The notes: a model not told the origin generated them from the sequence alone. A DNA stretch of 64,000 bases from Iphione sp. A-MEVVRFRX5 (GCA_976226885.1 OZ320318.1:35278001-35342000); one strand, 5' to 3'; positions 39,228-53,200 are shown, counted from the stretch's first letter. Translations and numbers: made by a program.

Positions 39228-39880
39228 CCCAGCAAACAATGTAACATTGCCACAGTGTTGTGGCAACATTGTGCTTTGGTTGTAGTTACATTAGTGTATA
39301 ATGTTGTAGCAACAAAAATGGTGTTTTTTTAACATGTCTTGAAAATTCTGGTAAAACATTGGGAAAAAACTTTCCTGACACCATGACAAAAGTAAAACAT
39401 CACACTTTACATTTTGGGATTTGAACACAATATTTCTAATCCAAAGTCCAACACTTAATGCACTGAGCTATTTCCAATCCTTATGAACTGTTGTTGAGAA
39501 TTCCTTACCATCATTGTCCAATATAACTAAACTATACTCTAGAAATATTATTCACTAAACTACAATACTCTAGGTCTGTTTCATCCTAATGTCACTTCAA
39601 TATTATGACTATAAATATTAATATGTTTCATAGAAGAATTCTAACCTAACCAACTACAATATTCTAGATACATCTATACACTATCTGAAGGTTGAGATTT
39701 AACATTTATATAGTGTTGTCTGAAGGTATTTTTCTGGCGTAACCAAATTGTAACATCATAGACACGGTATATTATAACATTACCTGAAGGTTATGATTTC
39801 ATGTTTTTACAAAACTGTGTCAGGGTTTTTTCTAACCTAACCTAACTACAATGTTGTAGAAACGTTGTGTATTAGCTGGG
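39228..39880. mobile_element. Non-autonomous DNA transposon with CCCAGC termini (CMC/EnSpm-like)
   Basis: CCCAGCAAACA ... TGTATTAGCTGGG; AC dinucleotide on both flanks (2-bp TSD); internal AACATTG/CAATGTT repeats. Confidence 0.6.
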
Positions 39881-40278
39881 ACATCGGAGCTGAGAACACT
39901 GGGGCTGACCAGACCACGGACATTTTGAAATGCCCTCCCTGGAAGAATTGAGGGCTTAATCAAGGTTCTATAAGAGAAAAAAACTTAGTTACTGCAGTTT
40001 ATCCCGACACCCTGCAACTTGTAGGTAGGCTGGGTCAGCCCAACTTGCCACCTCTTCACATGCCTATTCACTTACTGCTTCCTGTTGTTCCTCCCAACAT
40101 TGATGTGCCTACTCGCGACAAGCGTCTTTTCTGGCCCACCTCTTGACACACTACTCCCTCCCACCCTTACCAGAATTCATGATGGCATTAGATGCACTGA
40201 TAGACCCAATTTCTTAGAAGCCAATGTTCCTATCTCTTCTCAGTTGCCCCCCTTCATGGTCCTAATTACTTCAGTCAG

Positions 40279-40321
40279 ATAAGGGTCGGTTGGGTTACCG
40301 GACACAGATATTTTTTAGGCC
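40279..40321 (-). mobile_element. Solo end of the PIF/Harbinger-like MITE
   Basis: Reverse complement GGCCTAAAAAATATCTGTGTCCGGTAACCCAACCGACCC matches 42093 onward; followed by TAA. Confidence 0.7.
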
Positions 40322-42092
40322 TAAGGAAAAGTCCTACAACATTTTAGATGGCTTCCTATCAGCTACCTTCACACAGTTATTCGCCCTGACTAGGCCAACG
40401 CATGATCAAACAACTGTCGTATCATTGTAGACCTTTCCGACAGCCATATAAACATCTCTATTCCAGAGTATTTTGGACTCCCATCTTGCATTCCCTAGGG
40501 TGAACCATTTAGTCTCTGTTATCACCAGATCCATTTGTATGCCCTGGTCCCATCCAGTGCTTATGGTAACGTTCCTATTAATCCTCTCAACTGGCTTTTA
40601 TTAGGTATCTCCTTCAACTTTAAATTTTTCTTCAACCTTCGCCTCCCTTTCAGCACCCGTTATGGCTCTGTGTTTCTCCACATTCTTTCTGAATGTATTA
40701 TTTTCCATATCGCCTGAAAATTTCATGTTTTAGCCTTTGTTTATTTAGACAATAATGCTTTCCTAACAAATGATCTTCCTGTTGCCAATAAAGTCTTTCA
40801 TTATGCCACAAGTTTTATAGCCTCCTTTTGGCTCGTTATTGCTGAAACAAAGGTATTCCCCTGACCAAGCATCTCTGATGGTGCGGGATAAATTTTAGTT
40901 ACTTCATTAGTTTACTTATTCATTTGTAAGACAGCACTTAGTTGGGTGGAACATTGTATCATTGGTAATAATATTCTTAAAGCACTGTGCACTGTAACAT
41001 GTACAGAATGAAGTACTTAATGCAAAACCTTGTACAAAGTATATAAGTGTAAATCAAGCTAGCAATGAAAATTTTTGCACATACTTGTGTTCCAGTAAAA
41101 CTGTCTCTGCATACTTTCCATCATGCCAAACACTTTATTTTACTCTTGAATGCTTGTTCATAGAATGTTTGAAGATGTACTCTTATCATCTAGTTCTACC
41201 AAGGTCCCTGGACAGTTGTTAGTATAACATCATCGGATGTAAACCTAATGACTACCCATTGTTTGAACTGTTGTGATTAATGGTTATTTTTGAGAACGTA
41301 CAATTCTTGTGCACAGTGTTGGTTTCTGATTTGGGTATATAAGAAAAGTATCTTGACACTCTAATCAGACCTCCAAAAGCAGATGTTGAAGTTGCATATG
41401 CTGATTGAGAATAAAGACTGAAGGAATCAAACCTACTGGTGCCATGCTCACTTTGTGCTACACCTTAATACTTACAAAAAGGTTCACTTTATCTTTTCCA
41501 TGGTTAAACCAAAGTTAACGCATTCACATATTTCTTTCAGGCAATTACATTCATTCCTTGGACATGGTGAACCATATCCCTAATGTGCAGTTCAGCATAA
41601 CTGTTCGTAGGCTAGCAAACGATTCATGCAAATATCCATTACTGACTATGTGCTAGATGACTTACATTGGGTTTAACATTTGCTCATAAGGTTTAATGTC
41701 AATTCAAATCATCTAACACGATGACCACTGTATATTGTAAAGCCTGTAACAAAGTTTTGGGTGCTTACTCACACATCTTTAATCATGCTACTCAGATACC
41801 TCCTTCATGGCAAGAGTTTCACATTGCACTTCTGAAAGCTGCCAATACAACCCTAGCCCTTACAGTTTTAACCTGGACATTTTCACGAGGTTCTACCATT
41901 CCTTTATATTGTGATAATGAAGCAGCTATCTTATTACTAAAAATTGGCAGAAGTGCATGGTTATACTTCTGATCATGGTATCATGGTCCTATACTCACAT
42001 TTGCCTGCTACACATAGGGTACATGTACATTCTTTATTAAGACCTCCCTTTTCTTCAAAGCATTGTAAATAGAATGTCACTGCATTGATTTA

Positions 42093-42367
42093 GGCCTAGA
42101 AAAAAATATCTGTGTTTCCGGTAACCCGACTGACCCTTCATAATGAATCATGGTAGAAAACAATTCAATATACCATTTTGTTGCTTACATTAGCTTTCAT
42201 TTGATATCATTTTTTATTTAGATCTAAGCATTATAACATGTGATACCATGTTCATTTGTTTCTTTGAGTAAGAATTAACATAGAAAAATAATTAAAAAAT
42301 AAGCCAGTGACCTACTGACCATATTTTTTTCAGCATGTTACTAGAAACACAGACAATTTTTTAGGCC
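42093..42367. mobile_element. PIF/Harbinger-like MITE
   Basis: TTA|GGCCTAGAAAAAAATATCTGTGTTTC ... GAAACACAGACAATTTTTTAGGCC|TTA; 3-bp TTA TSD. Confidence 0.8.
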
Positions 42368-43599
42368 TTAGTTAGATGTGCCTGAAAAAAAACGTACTTA
42401 ATTGTATACAAGTATCAGGTAAAATGAAGACATAAAATGCAAAAATAAAATAAAATGCACTTCATTTGATCACACGTATATCTGTCTCGTTTGACCCATC
42501 CTCATCCAAGGTCAACAAAATCTTCACCTTCAACGACTTGCCAGAAGCGCAGCTCTAAGGCCCAAACAAGCAATCAGTCCCGGCACCATTACCTCCCGCA
42601 TAAGGGTGGTATCCTTCTTCCTGGAATTTTGACCTTCAGTTCCAATTTTACCTTACATAAGTCTCCCTAACTGAAATTCTGATTTACTTTGATTGCCTCG
42701 TCTTATTCTATACGCCTTAAGTTGTTGCACAGCACATCCCTGCCCTCTGTCAGTCCCTTATATCTTCTTCCTCTTTACCGTTTCTAAAGCCTCTCAGATT
42801 CTCTGAATTTTTAATTCATGACTTACCTTGCTTCCCACCCAGTTTTCATTACAGAGCTTCTGCAACGGTGTGGCCACCTACCCGGAAACTGCTAGGTGCT
42901 TCCTGCAAATCCGATCCAGCTTACCTCAAGTACGTTTCACATTTCACCTCTCCTCGTAAACCATTTGATATGCTCACCAACATGTGCCTGAGCTGGCTAT
43001 GCGTTACTGGTTTGGTCAGTGTTCCCTCTCCAACCATGTCTGAAGGGCACGTAGTAATGTCAACTTCACAGGTATTTTATGTTGTCTGTAGTTACAGGCC
43101 ATGTTTTCAGCTCCCTGCCTGGTCAAGAAAAGTCGCAGCTTCAATAAAAGAGTAGAGTTTTCTATAATAAACGTCATTTACTATAATCACATGATGTTAA
43201 TTGGGGATGTGGTAGAAATACAAGACCAGCTACTATAAGGATATGAAAGTTTGTTGATTGCAAATGTACACCTGAGGGTGGTCTCAGTTATACTTAAGTT
43301 TTAAGTGATGTAACAAAATTTATCTTTCATAATGCATAAACATCTACATTATTTATAAGCAAATTGATGCATGTATATATGAAAAGTAAATACTCATTCG
43401 TTTATTTATGTGTTGAATATCCAAAGAAATACTAATTAAAATAATAGTGATAACAATACAAAGGTAAATTAAAAGACAGTTTCAGCCGATCCTGTATATT
43501 TATTCAAAATGAAGTTTTAAGACTGTAAAGACATTGAGGGACTCGCCAGGCATTGATAACAAACTCTGTGGATAGTATATTTCCTCTAGCCCTAGAGAC

Positions 43600-43900
43600 G
43601 TCATAATACAGTCGAAGACTACAAGCCGGCAACTGCTAGCACAAGAGAAAGTATGAATGAAAGAATATACCTTGATTCGACCATCATGTGGATTATAGAA
43701 TGAAAACAAACAAAGTGCTAAAAGGTGACAAAAGGAACACTGTTATCAGGCGAATCGAGAAAGCTCAGGGTGACGGAAGCAACTTCTGGAAAATATTTGC
43801 AAAAACGTTAGGAGAAATAGATAGGGAAAATCTGAAAATAGAACCTTTTGCAATTTATACATACAAGAAACCTGAAATGGGCATCTAATGAATACTGTTG
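43600..43900 (+). mobile_element. Possible LINE EN-RT linker fragment
   Basis: 'VIRRIEKAQGDGSNFWKIFAKTL' resembles the K...FWK linker segment; no other motifs. Confidence 0.3.
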
Positions 43901-46900
43901 AAAGGTTACTAGTACAGGTGACAATGAAACTGAAATTGTTGCTACAAATGCTATAGAGATTTGTCAACTTTAGAGCGAGGATTAAGTAATTAAGCAGGCA
44001 TTTAAAATTAAAGGTAAAAGTGCATTGGACATACAGATAAACAGCTAGTTTGCTGATATTAAAATATTAGATTCCCAAGAATCTTTGAGCCACACAAAGT
44101 AAACATAAGAATATGTCAACTTCGGGAACCGACCACGCGGCTTCATAAATAGGCAAAAATGTAGCACCTGCTTGCGTTGAAGTGAGTTAGACTTATGTTT
44201 TACCATTTCTTTGGGGACTGTCACATTTGACGAACAGATACTGCAGGTAGCACTTCCAAGACTAGGTGAAGGACAAACAAAAGCAGGTGTTCGCAACGTT
44301 TGGTGAGATAGGTGGGGTTTATTTCCTTCCTGGTATGTATCTTTCTCAACGTGGGCCTTCATCAGGTGATATGTATTTCTGTCTATAGTAATTATATCAA
44401 ACATAGAGATCAACTTACTGCGCTTCGTATATTCAAACTGATGGACCTTTCTAATAATATGGAGTAAGCAGTACAGTATTTTTTAAATAAAAATAGTTAA
44501 TCATGTGTAATATGAGTCTGAATGCAAAATCTGCTAGGTGTCTCTCTTATGAAGTGCAGAGAGAGAGTGTCTGTTTATTCACAAAAAAAACTTCCTTGTA
44601 TTCATAAAGTGTCCTAGAGACTTGCGAAATATCACAAGTGTTAAGAACGAAGAACATATGTCTATAAATTGTGATTTTTTTCTGCTGCTGATGGGGAAAG
44701 TAAATTTGGGAAGGAAGTGAAACTGTTACTCTGACCGCATGTCTATGCATTATGACTTTGTATGATTGTGTGTATTTGCATCTACGTTGCAGATACAGCA
44801 TAAACGTGGGCCTGTCTGTGAAACAATGCTTAATATTGAATCCGTTTCATTTTTCTCAGTAGTAGAATAAATAACATGCACAACGTTATTCCTTTCAATT
44901 CTGGATTTAGCAGAATGTATCAATATAAGAATAATAATAAGGATAAAAATGGTTAATTCATCACTTGTGTTATACAAGCAAACCTAAAAGAAGTATGCCC
45001 CTTGATTTACTTCACTAAGGAAGGTGTCGGTATTCTTCGTCTTAAAACATATTTCCTTTGTTACCCCCCTTCCTTGGTAGGGCGAGGGAGATAGGAATAG
45101 AGACAATGGATCTGGGAACCTATTTTCACGAAAAGCTACATGCAATTCCCCCAACGATTCCTTGCAACACAGCAGAAGCCAGGTCCAGAAAGTGTCAGGA
45201 CATGCACGCGAGGCTAATGAAGAGAGAGCAGGAACATGTTTTATCGGTCTATTCTCAAATGGAATTAGAGGGAGGAAAGGCGGGCATATCCTGGGAATGC
45301 AATGGAAGTGAACCTTTCTTTGGTCCGGGGTTCCTATTTTACATTTCTGTTCTTGACAGACGGCGCAATAATTGCTGGTTACCCATTTGCCCCGTCCGTT
45401 GTTATAAGTTCTAGTCCGAAGAGGAATTTCTATAAAGGCCACACTTTTTTGTTGTCTTAATCATTTGTCTAATCTGATTACGACTAGTCAGTGGCCCTCC
45501 ATGTGTGCCTCTATCTTCCTATCTTTCCCTTTGTCTGTCTGTCTCTCTATCTCTCTCTCTACCTCTCTTTCACTTACTCCCTCTAGTTTCGTGCGTCTCT
45601 TAAGTGTATGGACCCCATTACGTCTGTGTGGCTAGTAAGGATTAAGACTGGGACAGGAGCAGGACAGGGTAAACGCTATGGATTGTGTAAGAGAAACAAA
45701 GCCTGAGATTTACAGCAAGGTGTATAAAATATGTAGGCTGAAGCCTAGGTTTAGTAACACTGCTGCTAGTAGGGTCATTGTGGGCAAGACTTGGGGTCAA
45801 TGAGGGCAACTTTTTATGTCACTGTTACATACACTTTGAGATTAATGAGTTTTTCAATGACCTCATGGAAATTGCCATTACTGTGTTACTCTACTGTGAG
45901 TGGCTGGTGGGAGATCACCCCATTTCCTTTATTTGGTATTGAAGCTGTGATTGGTTACTGAGAGATCATCCCATATTTCCTAGTAATGGGGGAGCTCTCT
46001 GGTTTGTGGAAAATCTATAGCTTGTTACTTTGTCTTTCACTAGAGGAAGTGTATTCAATGGCTGAGAACATTCTTTTAGCATGATACATTGTTGCAACTA
46101 GTGGAACTGTGATCTGATTGGTCAGATGGTGAGGCCATTCCTTTAGATTGATTGATCAACACTTGGGAAGGCTATGTAAACACTGGTTTTGGAAGGAAAT
46201 AAACAGTTTGAAACTAGCAGCCTTGGTGCTCACTGCAGCTCTATTGGTCCACTTTACATATAGAAGAGTAATCAATCTGTGTGTCTATTTTTTAGTCAAG
46301 TTATTTATCATTAACATCTGACTCCAGTCGTTTTTCATATGTACATGTAGAGGGAGAGAGGTTAATTCAGTTAAGTGCTAGGACCATGCAATACACTCTA
46401 TAATGTCCTCCTTCCTGGGACATTATATAGTGTAATTGCAGGTCCTCGTGCTAATACTAAATGAAACTGGCCCCAATACAGAGCTATGTGTTAAGCCATT
46501 TGAACTCTCCAGGAGTATATGGTCAGTTCATTTTACTCAAAAGGGTTTGGATGTTCATGTAACAGAAATCCACCATGAAAAGTGAAAGAAATAGGGTATT
46601 TTCCTGCATTGAAGTTGAAATGAAACATTTTCCTTTTTATATCATTCGTATCCACCATTTTATTTACAGCAATTGACTATTCACAAAGGGGTAGTTGCAA
46701 AAATTTAAAAATATCTTATTTCTTCACAGAAAAATTAATAAACGCCAAATAGTCATCAGATTTATATGTACTTCAAATGATGACTTTCTCAATATTCATA
46801 CAAACGTTACCCAGAAATATTATTTAGAATTCATATATCCTTCATTTAGAAGTATATGTTCGTAATCAAGATAAAAGGTGAAGATTATGAACGACTTTAC

Positions 46901-47295
46901 GTGCAAATAAGTGAATATACCGTACTTTTGGTTAGTTGAACTTGAAGTATTAATACGTATAAACCCTTACACAGATTTTTGAATTTAATATACAGTCGAA
47001 CCTCATCTACCAGAGTCACAATAACAGAATATTCACATCAACCAGATCCTAACAAAATTACTGAATGTGTTCTTCTATAATTTGAAATGAGTGAAATACG
47101 GGAGGCGACCTCCTAAAGGAAGAGACAACAGAGTGCAGAGCAACTAACATAGGTTAAAAATAAAACGCACATGTTCGAACTATGGGCTGTGACCTCCTAA
47201 AGGAGGCAACAACAGAGTGCAGAGTGAATAAACAACATTAATTACTTTACTTTCAACTTAAAAGGGTTTTACATTATGCAAGTTTTCCCCACCAG

Positions 47296-47363
47296 GAGAT
47301 TCATGGGTAGCGACTTTGGCAACTGGATATTTCATCATCTGTACAAAATTTCGAATAACTGAG
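47296..47363 (+). other. Candidate exon, copy 1
   Basis: ttttccccaccAG | 68 bp | GTacgt; open frame (G)DSWVATLATGYFIICTKFRITE; homologous to 53252-53319. Confidence 0.4.
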
Positions 47364-48305
47364 GTACGTAGGATATCTGTAGATTACATTTGGCCCTGTT
47401 CCTCATTGCAATAGAGCAGTACACAGTACCAGCTGCCTTCCTGAGTGTGGTACAACATTCAAGTATTTCAAAGGTGTCAGATAACAACTGATATCAACTT
47501 GGGAATGACTGATTTTCACTATCGCTGTCTTTAGCCAATGGTTTCTTAAAATATGTCATTCAGATCAACCTGTATTTTTAAAAAATTGTGAAGTACTAAA
47601 TTTGAAAGGAATTGCCGTAAAATTACAGAAGTAAAGAGAGTGTTTGACCTATTCAAGCTATGAGTAGGTCAAAGTTTGATTAGGTCATGGCACCAGATCA
47701 CCATGGTGATAGCCATATTCAATCAGCCCCAAATGCAAATTTTATACATTGTTGATGGCTTGTAAAATATCTACTTAGGTATTGTGGAGCAGACCGATAT
47801 AATTCTTTTCACTATAGGGTCGACTTTACTGTTGTCAACGTGGAAGTCCTACAACAATGAAGTCGTAATGATATGAATATTTGATGCAATGTAACTATAA
47901 TGTCACTGAAGCTGTTATCATTTTTTAGGCCTGAGTATCGTTAGCTATCATAAAAGGTTTACGATTACCAAAACAGAAACAGGTGTCCCATTTAACAAGA
48001 TGCGTTCCACCCGAGGACTTACTGCATTATCATTGTAAGTTCCCTGGGTTTATGCATTTTCCTTTCAGTAACCAATCTCCTACAACTACTTCCAAGGGAT
48101 TGGTGACAGGATCTCTAGCATTCAATCTAGTTTCTATATCCTTAGTCACTCACTCACAGTTATTGCCGTTCATTATACTGATGACCTTACTTAGTGGCGT
48201 CTGTAAGTAAACTATTGTTACTTCATGCCAGGCTACGTCAGTACTTTGCCTCAGTCTTGGGATGGTATAAGCATGAATGTCTACTTCTAACTTTGTAGGA
48301 GTGTA

Positions 48306-48476
48306 CAATGGAACCACTCTACTAAGGACACCCTCTATAAAGGACAACCCCCACTATGGATGGACTGCAAACAGAACCAAATCTATATAATCATTACTCC
48401 TGCTATAAAGCCAACGCCTCTTTCTGGACAGTTTTTGGTCAGTCCTTTGGCTGTCCATAGTAGAGGGGTTCCGCTG
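48306..48476. mobile_element. Tc1/pogo(Tigger)-type MITE
   Basis: TA|CAATGGAACCACTCTACTAAGGACA ... TGTCCATAGTAGAGGGGTTCCGCTG|TA. Confidence 0.85.
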
Positions 48477-49889
48477 TACCTATTATTGCCTTGGTGGGGC
48501 CAAGGGGATGGGTCTAGTATATTGAACTTGATTCAGTAATGGTCAGGAAATAACGGGGTCGTTGATACTCAATAGACGAAAGGCCTTACGCTGGGCTCGT
48601 GTCCTAAAAGGCTAAAAGGTAAAAGTGGTTACTGGTACATTTCCTCGACAAAGTTAAGGACAAGTTACAACTATCATGTAGGGTGAGATTGGTTTTGGGG
48701 GTAATTAACTGAGTCCTCATGTGCAGTATCCAATACCATGCTTGCCTTCACTCTCTGCAGATGCACATAAACCATAGTCTAATTGCCTTCAGCATTGGCA
48801 AACATTTCTATTAACCGGCTGCACTTAATGGGGTTTCCGAAAATTTAGAGTGCACTCAGAGGAGCCTCAAACCGGGCTATCCACAATCTGGTTAGGGTAG
48901 ATTTGATGACAGCCAGGGGTCGAGCGAGCGCTAGGGCTTTGGGTACACAACTACTGAGACAGTGAAAGATTCAGACAGACTGTCTGGTACAGCAGTAGAT
49001 CTGACTGGAACTCGGTGCTGCAAACAATCAAACAGAGGAACAAGGTGAGGACTACAGAGGTGTTACAACATGGAGGAGATGGGATTATCGTGACATAAAA
49101 TCATGATGCTTGAGCTATGAAGCAATGACTGTTAGGAAAGTGACCAAGCAGACGGATAAAACCATAGACCCTCACTATAGGAGCGGGTCTTGTCAGTTTC
49201 GTGGACATGTCCACACGGAAGTTATTGGGGAATTTTGCTACACTTGTTAAAAGGTAAATGCTCTTACTGAGTATGATGTGCTAAGAGGTGGTACCAAATC
49301 ACTGCCGCTCGTATTCTCCATGGCCTTAATGTTGACCTGTAATCATGCCTTTGGTTAGGCATGTGAGATATGACAGCAGTCAACAATAGATGTTCGTTTT
49401 TGGACGTCCAAGATTCCTAGACGTGGAAGGTATGGCGTAGCTAACCTGTGAACTTCTGACAGTGCTTTTTATTGGAAAAGTTCGGTCGTGAAAATTCAGT
49501 TTAAGTGCCACTGCATTTAGTAAACTATAAGTGACTGTAGCTTTCTTAAATGCTTGCAGAGGATTAATGAGAATGAAACGAAGCTAGACTTCGTCATTTC
49601 ATTGTACCTCACACTTGCAACTATTTGTTACACTTTCTTTTTTTCTTAACTTGCCCATGAATATCTTGTATTCGAAATGGATAATAAACACAGAAATCCG
49701 AAAAACCGAAACGGATACTCCATCACTTTGCCTTCTTGATTTCAGGTCTTGCCCCGAGAAACACAGCAAGGTTTTCAGAGCCACTCCAAGAACGACTGGC
49801 ACGGCTGCACATTGTATTAGAATCAGGTCCTAATGCAATTTAAAGCTTTCTAGTGCTTCAGCTGTTGATACCATTCTTCACTATTGGAA

Positions 49890-50010
49890 GGATTAGGATT
49901 TGATTCAGCTGGGCACGTACTTTTGTGTCCGTGCTCAGACTGTCCCGGGGTTTCAGTCCCATCCGTGGAGCCTCTGCAGTCATGTCACACTCCGAAAACC
50001 TATCCCCTAA
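49890..50010 (-). mobile_element. Possible SINE central-domain fragment
   Basis: Minus GGATGGGACTGAAACCCCGGGAC...GAGCACG resembles invertebrate SINE core motifs, from memory only. Confidence 0.3.
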
Positions 50011-50108
50011 TTACTGAGGCACTAAATGTCACAATTTTCCCCCGTGCGGTCTAACAAATACTATTTCCAAATGGTGTAGAGGTCTCAAAGTTACTTGGAC
50101 GAACACTC

Positions 50109-50246
50109 CAGGCCCATAGCCAAGGGGGTATCAGGAGTATCGCCCGATACCCCCAACAAAGGCTATGCCTACAGGCTTGTATAGACATGATCATCCAGGA
50201 ATTCCACCTCTGGAGTATCGGGGGTATCGCCCTGGCTACGAGCCTG
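50109..50246. mobile_element. Short MITE with CAGGC(C/T)C(A/G)TAGCCA termini
   Basis: Left CAGGCCCATAGCCAAGGG, right reverse complement CAGGCTCGTAGCCAGGG; internal GGGGTATC/GATACCCC repeats; TSD unclear. Confidence 0.7.
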
Positions 50247-53200
50247 CACTATGTATGTGTAAATCACTTTTACTCATATTTTTCAGTTCAGGTATATCAA
50301 GGAAGATATCTTCGCATCAGGTCATAAAAAGGAAGTGAACGAAATTAAGAAAACGTTTTAAAGATTAAAAGTCTTGCTTTTCATCAAGCCACGCAAAGAA
50401 CTATTCATCCATTCTCCCACAGTAGCCCTATCAGGCTTGCATCTAGAATATTACTGAGTTGTTGAACTGCATAAGCAATACCTTACTGCTTATATCTGTA
50501 TACTCTACAACAAATCCATTTACAATCAAGCTTTACAACACACACAATCATGATTATACTTTAGAGACATAATGTTGTCTTTGCAGGTAATGGCATTATA
50601 AAACACCCACGGCATTACACATTGCACCGACTGAAAAAGACATCTGCTTTGCAGTGTCTGACCAGCCCTTTCAATATTGCAGTAAACGTTAAGCATGAAC
50701 TTAGTCTATAACTGATGGACACTCTGAGTTTGGGGAAAACAGGATGAGTAAATATCTCTTTACTAACCTTCCGATATCATCAGTTTCGACATTTTCCGAG
50801 ATACACTAAGTGGTGTAAACTCAGGAGAATTAAATGTCTAATTTTCTTTGGAAAAATCGATATAAACCAAGATGTTAACTGAGGAGAGCTTTTAGACACT
50901 AACTTTGGGGACAGATTAGTTCCTAGCGGCACTTTTCAACAATTAATTCTTCTCAGTTAACAATATTGGGTAATATTTCGCAAAATTCTATGTCATGCAC
51001 TTTCAGCACACGTTTTATGACATCAATTCATTATGATATATGTAATATATGTAATGCACTAGACATTTTATATCTGTTACATATTTTCCGTTATATGATT
51101 ATTTTATTGTCACACTACTCAGGGCTTTCAAAACGTAGTTATGGTAATGGCGATAAGTACAGGTACAGTGTTCCTTTGGAAATTGCTAGCTGTATCCTAT
51201 GCATACACTCAGTAGTGCTCCTACAATATTTCAGCAAACATTTTTAGAATATTCTCAAAACAATTGTATTTTGGTTTGGATACCCCTGACCCTAAGCTTA
51301 AAGTTTTTCTTTTCAAAATTGAGTTTGACAAGGGTTTATTGTGTTAGGCTTGGCTTTCTCGGGATTGGCCTTTATTATTTTCCTGCCTACAGTGCACTGA
51401 GCTTGATATTGCGAAGATTCAAAAGTTCAGATTTGTTAAAAGAAGACTGTTAATGAAAATATATAATTATTCTTCACTTAAGTGTTGCAAGACTTTCGAA
51501 AAGAAGTACTAATTCATCTTAATGAGGTCTGACTTTCAGCGAAAATGACAATTAAGAGAAAAAAGGAGAAGAAGCTCCTTAAAACATTCACTGAATGCGC
51601 CGCTTTGCTCGCAATAACATGTTCTAAATGTGGACCTTAAAATATGCAAAAACAGAGATTAAAAGATCTACCAAAAATCTTCATCAATTAAACGAGTTTG
51701 TACTGCACTTTATGGAAATCCATACAGGCCACGGTATTGTCAATACAATGACAGAGGTCTGAAACGTTTGATTAGTAAAACAGCTCATTACTTGACTCTT
51801 AATTATGCCTCAGATACCATGTGTATTACAATTTACGGAGGCCGCGAAAACAGTACGAAGAATTTATTTGCCAAAAGAATTGTACAATTATGTATATAGA
51901 AGCTAATGACACTTAAACATGCCATACTCGAGGAAGTAGCTGCTCCTATACAACGCAAGGTAAGACGTGAGAGATGAGTGTATAGAGATGTTTCACACTT
52001 CCAAATATGTTACAGTGTAGAGGGGAATTGCATCACACTTTGAAATACTGCTGAGCTCAGGAAACCTTCAAGGTCCCGAGAGCAACGTAGTTATCTGGCC
52101 TGATACGCACATAACAACCGCCAGTTGACATTTTTCATACTCGTTTAATAATCGTTGACGATAGCTATCTTAAAATCAAGAGGAACTGACTCTCTGACTC
52201 CATGCATACATAGGTAGAGAAGATGCACATGATACAACATACGCTACTTCGCACCCTGGAAACATGTTGTCGTCCCTGCAGAGTATTAAAACAGTATCAA
52301 AATTCACTGGGTAACCACGTGTTTAATTGTTAGACCTCAAAGTCCAAATTACTCTTTGTCATGACTAGTGCTGCGACATAGCCAAATCGATTCATGGTTG
52401 TGTCAAGTATTCATGAATCATGCAAACCAATGGCAAATTTTAAGAATTAGGATACAAGCTTTGTAGTGATTTTTCCATTTTATGATGTTTTCCTTATGAC
52501 CCACATTGTTTATATTCTCCTCCAAGGCATGATCCTAGAGGTTTCCACTCACTCTAGCTCAAGTTCAGCCTTGTGAATCTCTTTTTACATTTTTTTCTAC
52601 TAACCTTATTTCATCCAAGTTCTGCTATTTTTTGTATACAAGTTCCACTCGTTTAGTTAAGAACTGATGCAATTTCCTCATATCAAGTGGTCAGGACAGT
52701 TAATATAGTTGTACTCGTGTACACAACCTCCTCCATGCTTGTCTACTAAAGCCCCCCTCTCTGAAACCAAGGCTTATTCAGATTGGTTAAGCATTCTCAA
52801 CACCTACTTGGACAAAATCCCATAAATTACGACAACTACGAACGCAGATGACACTGACAATTGGAAACTCTAAAGACTACACAGAGCAGCATGTTGGCCG
52901 ATAAACTGTTCTTTGAATCGTTTGAATAGACACCCTCCCAAAAGGGCAAGGGATTATAAATGAGAATGACACAAATGATAATGACACTCCAAGCATGCGG
53001 TATAAAAAGTGTACCAATGAGTATGATTTTTGTTATTAATCAAGTATTTTGTTATTAATTAAGTAAAATGTGATAATTGTAACTGTTTATGGAAATAGCC
53101 CCAAGAAATTCAGATCCACTTCAAATATGTACCTTGTTTCATGATGCCTGGAGCCTGGGAAGTTTACTGAATGTTACAATAGTGGTGTCTCTAATTCTCC

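Larger units (their letters stand above)
38980..43170 (+). mobile_element. Fragmented DIRS/Ngaro element with nested insertions
   Basis: In order: 'PNFLEANVPISSQL' (RT N-term), NCRIIVDLS (40412), LPFSTRYGS (40643), RNase H 'LTWTFSRGSTIPLYCDNEAA...GRS' (41721-41972), YR-like 'QAISPGT' (~42570); AATAAA 43143. Confidence 0.6.

Noticed and set aside
44330-44370. CTGATGA...GAAA (minus) as a hammerhead ribozyme; also 1084 and ~61015
   Set aside because: Core motifs present but no complementary stems II/III could be formed
46991-47010. TACAGTCGAACCTC Tigger-like end
   Set aside because: No partner inverted repeat found nearby
47107-47224. ~34-bp direct repeat at 84-bp spacing
   Set aside because: Ordinary local duplication with no further structure
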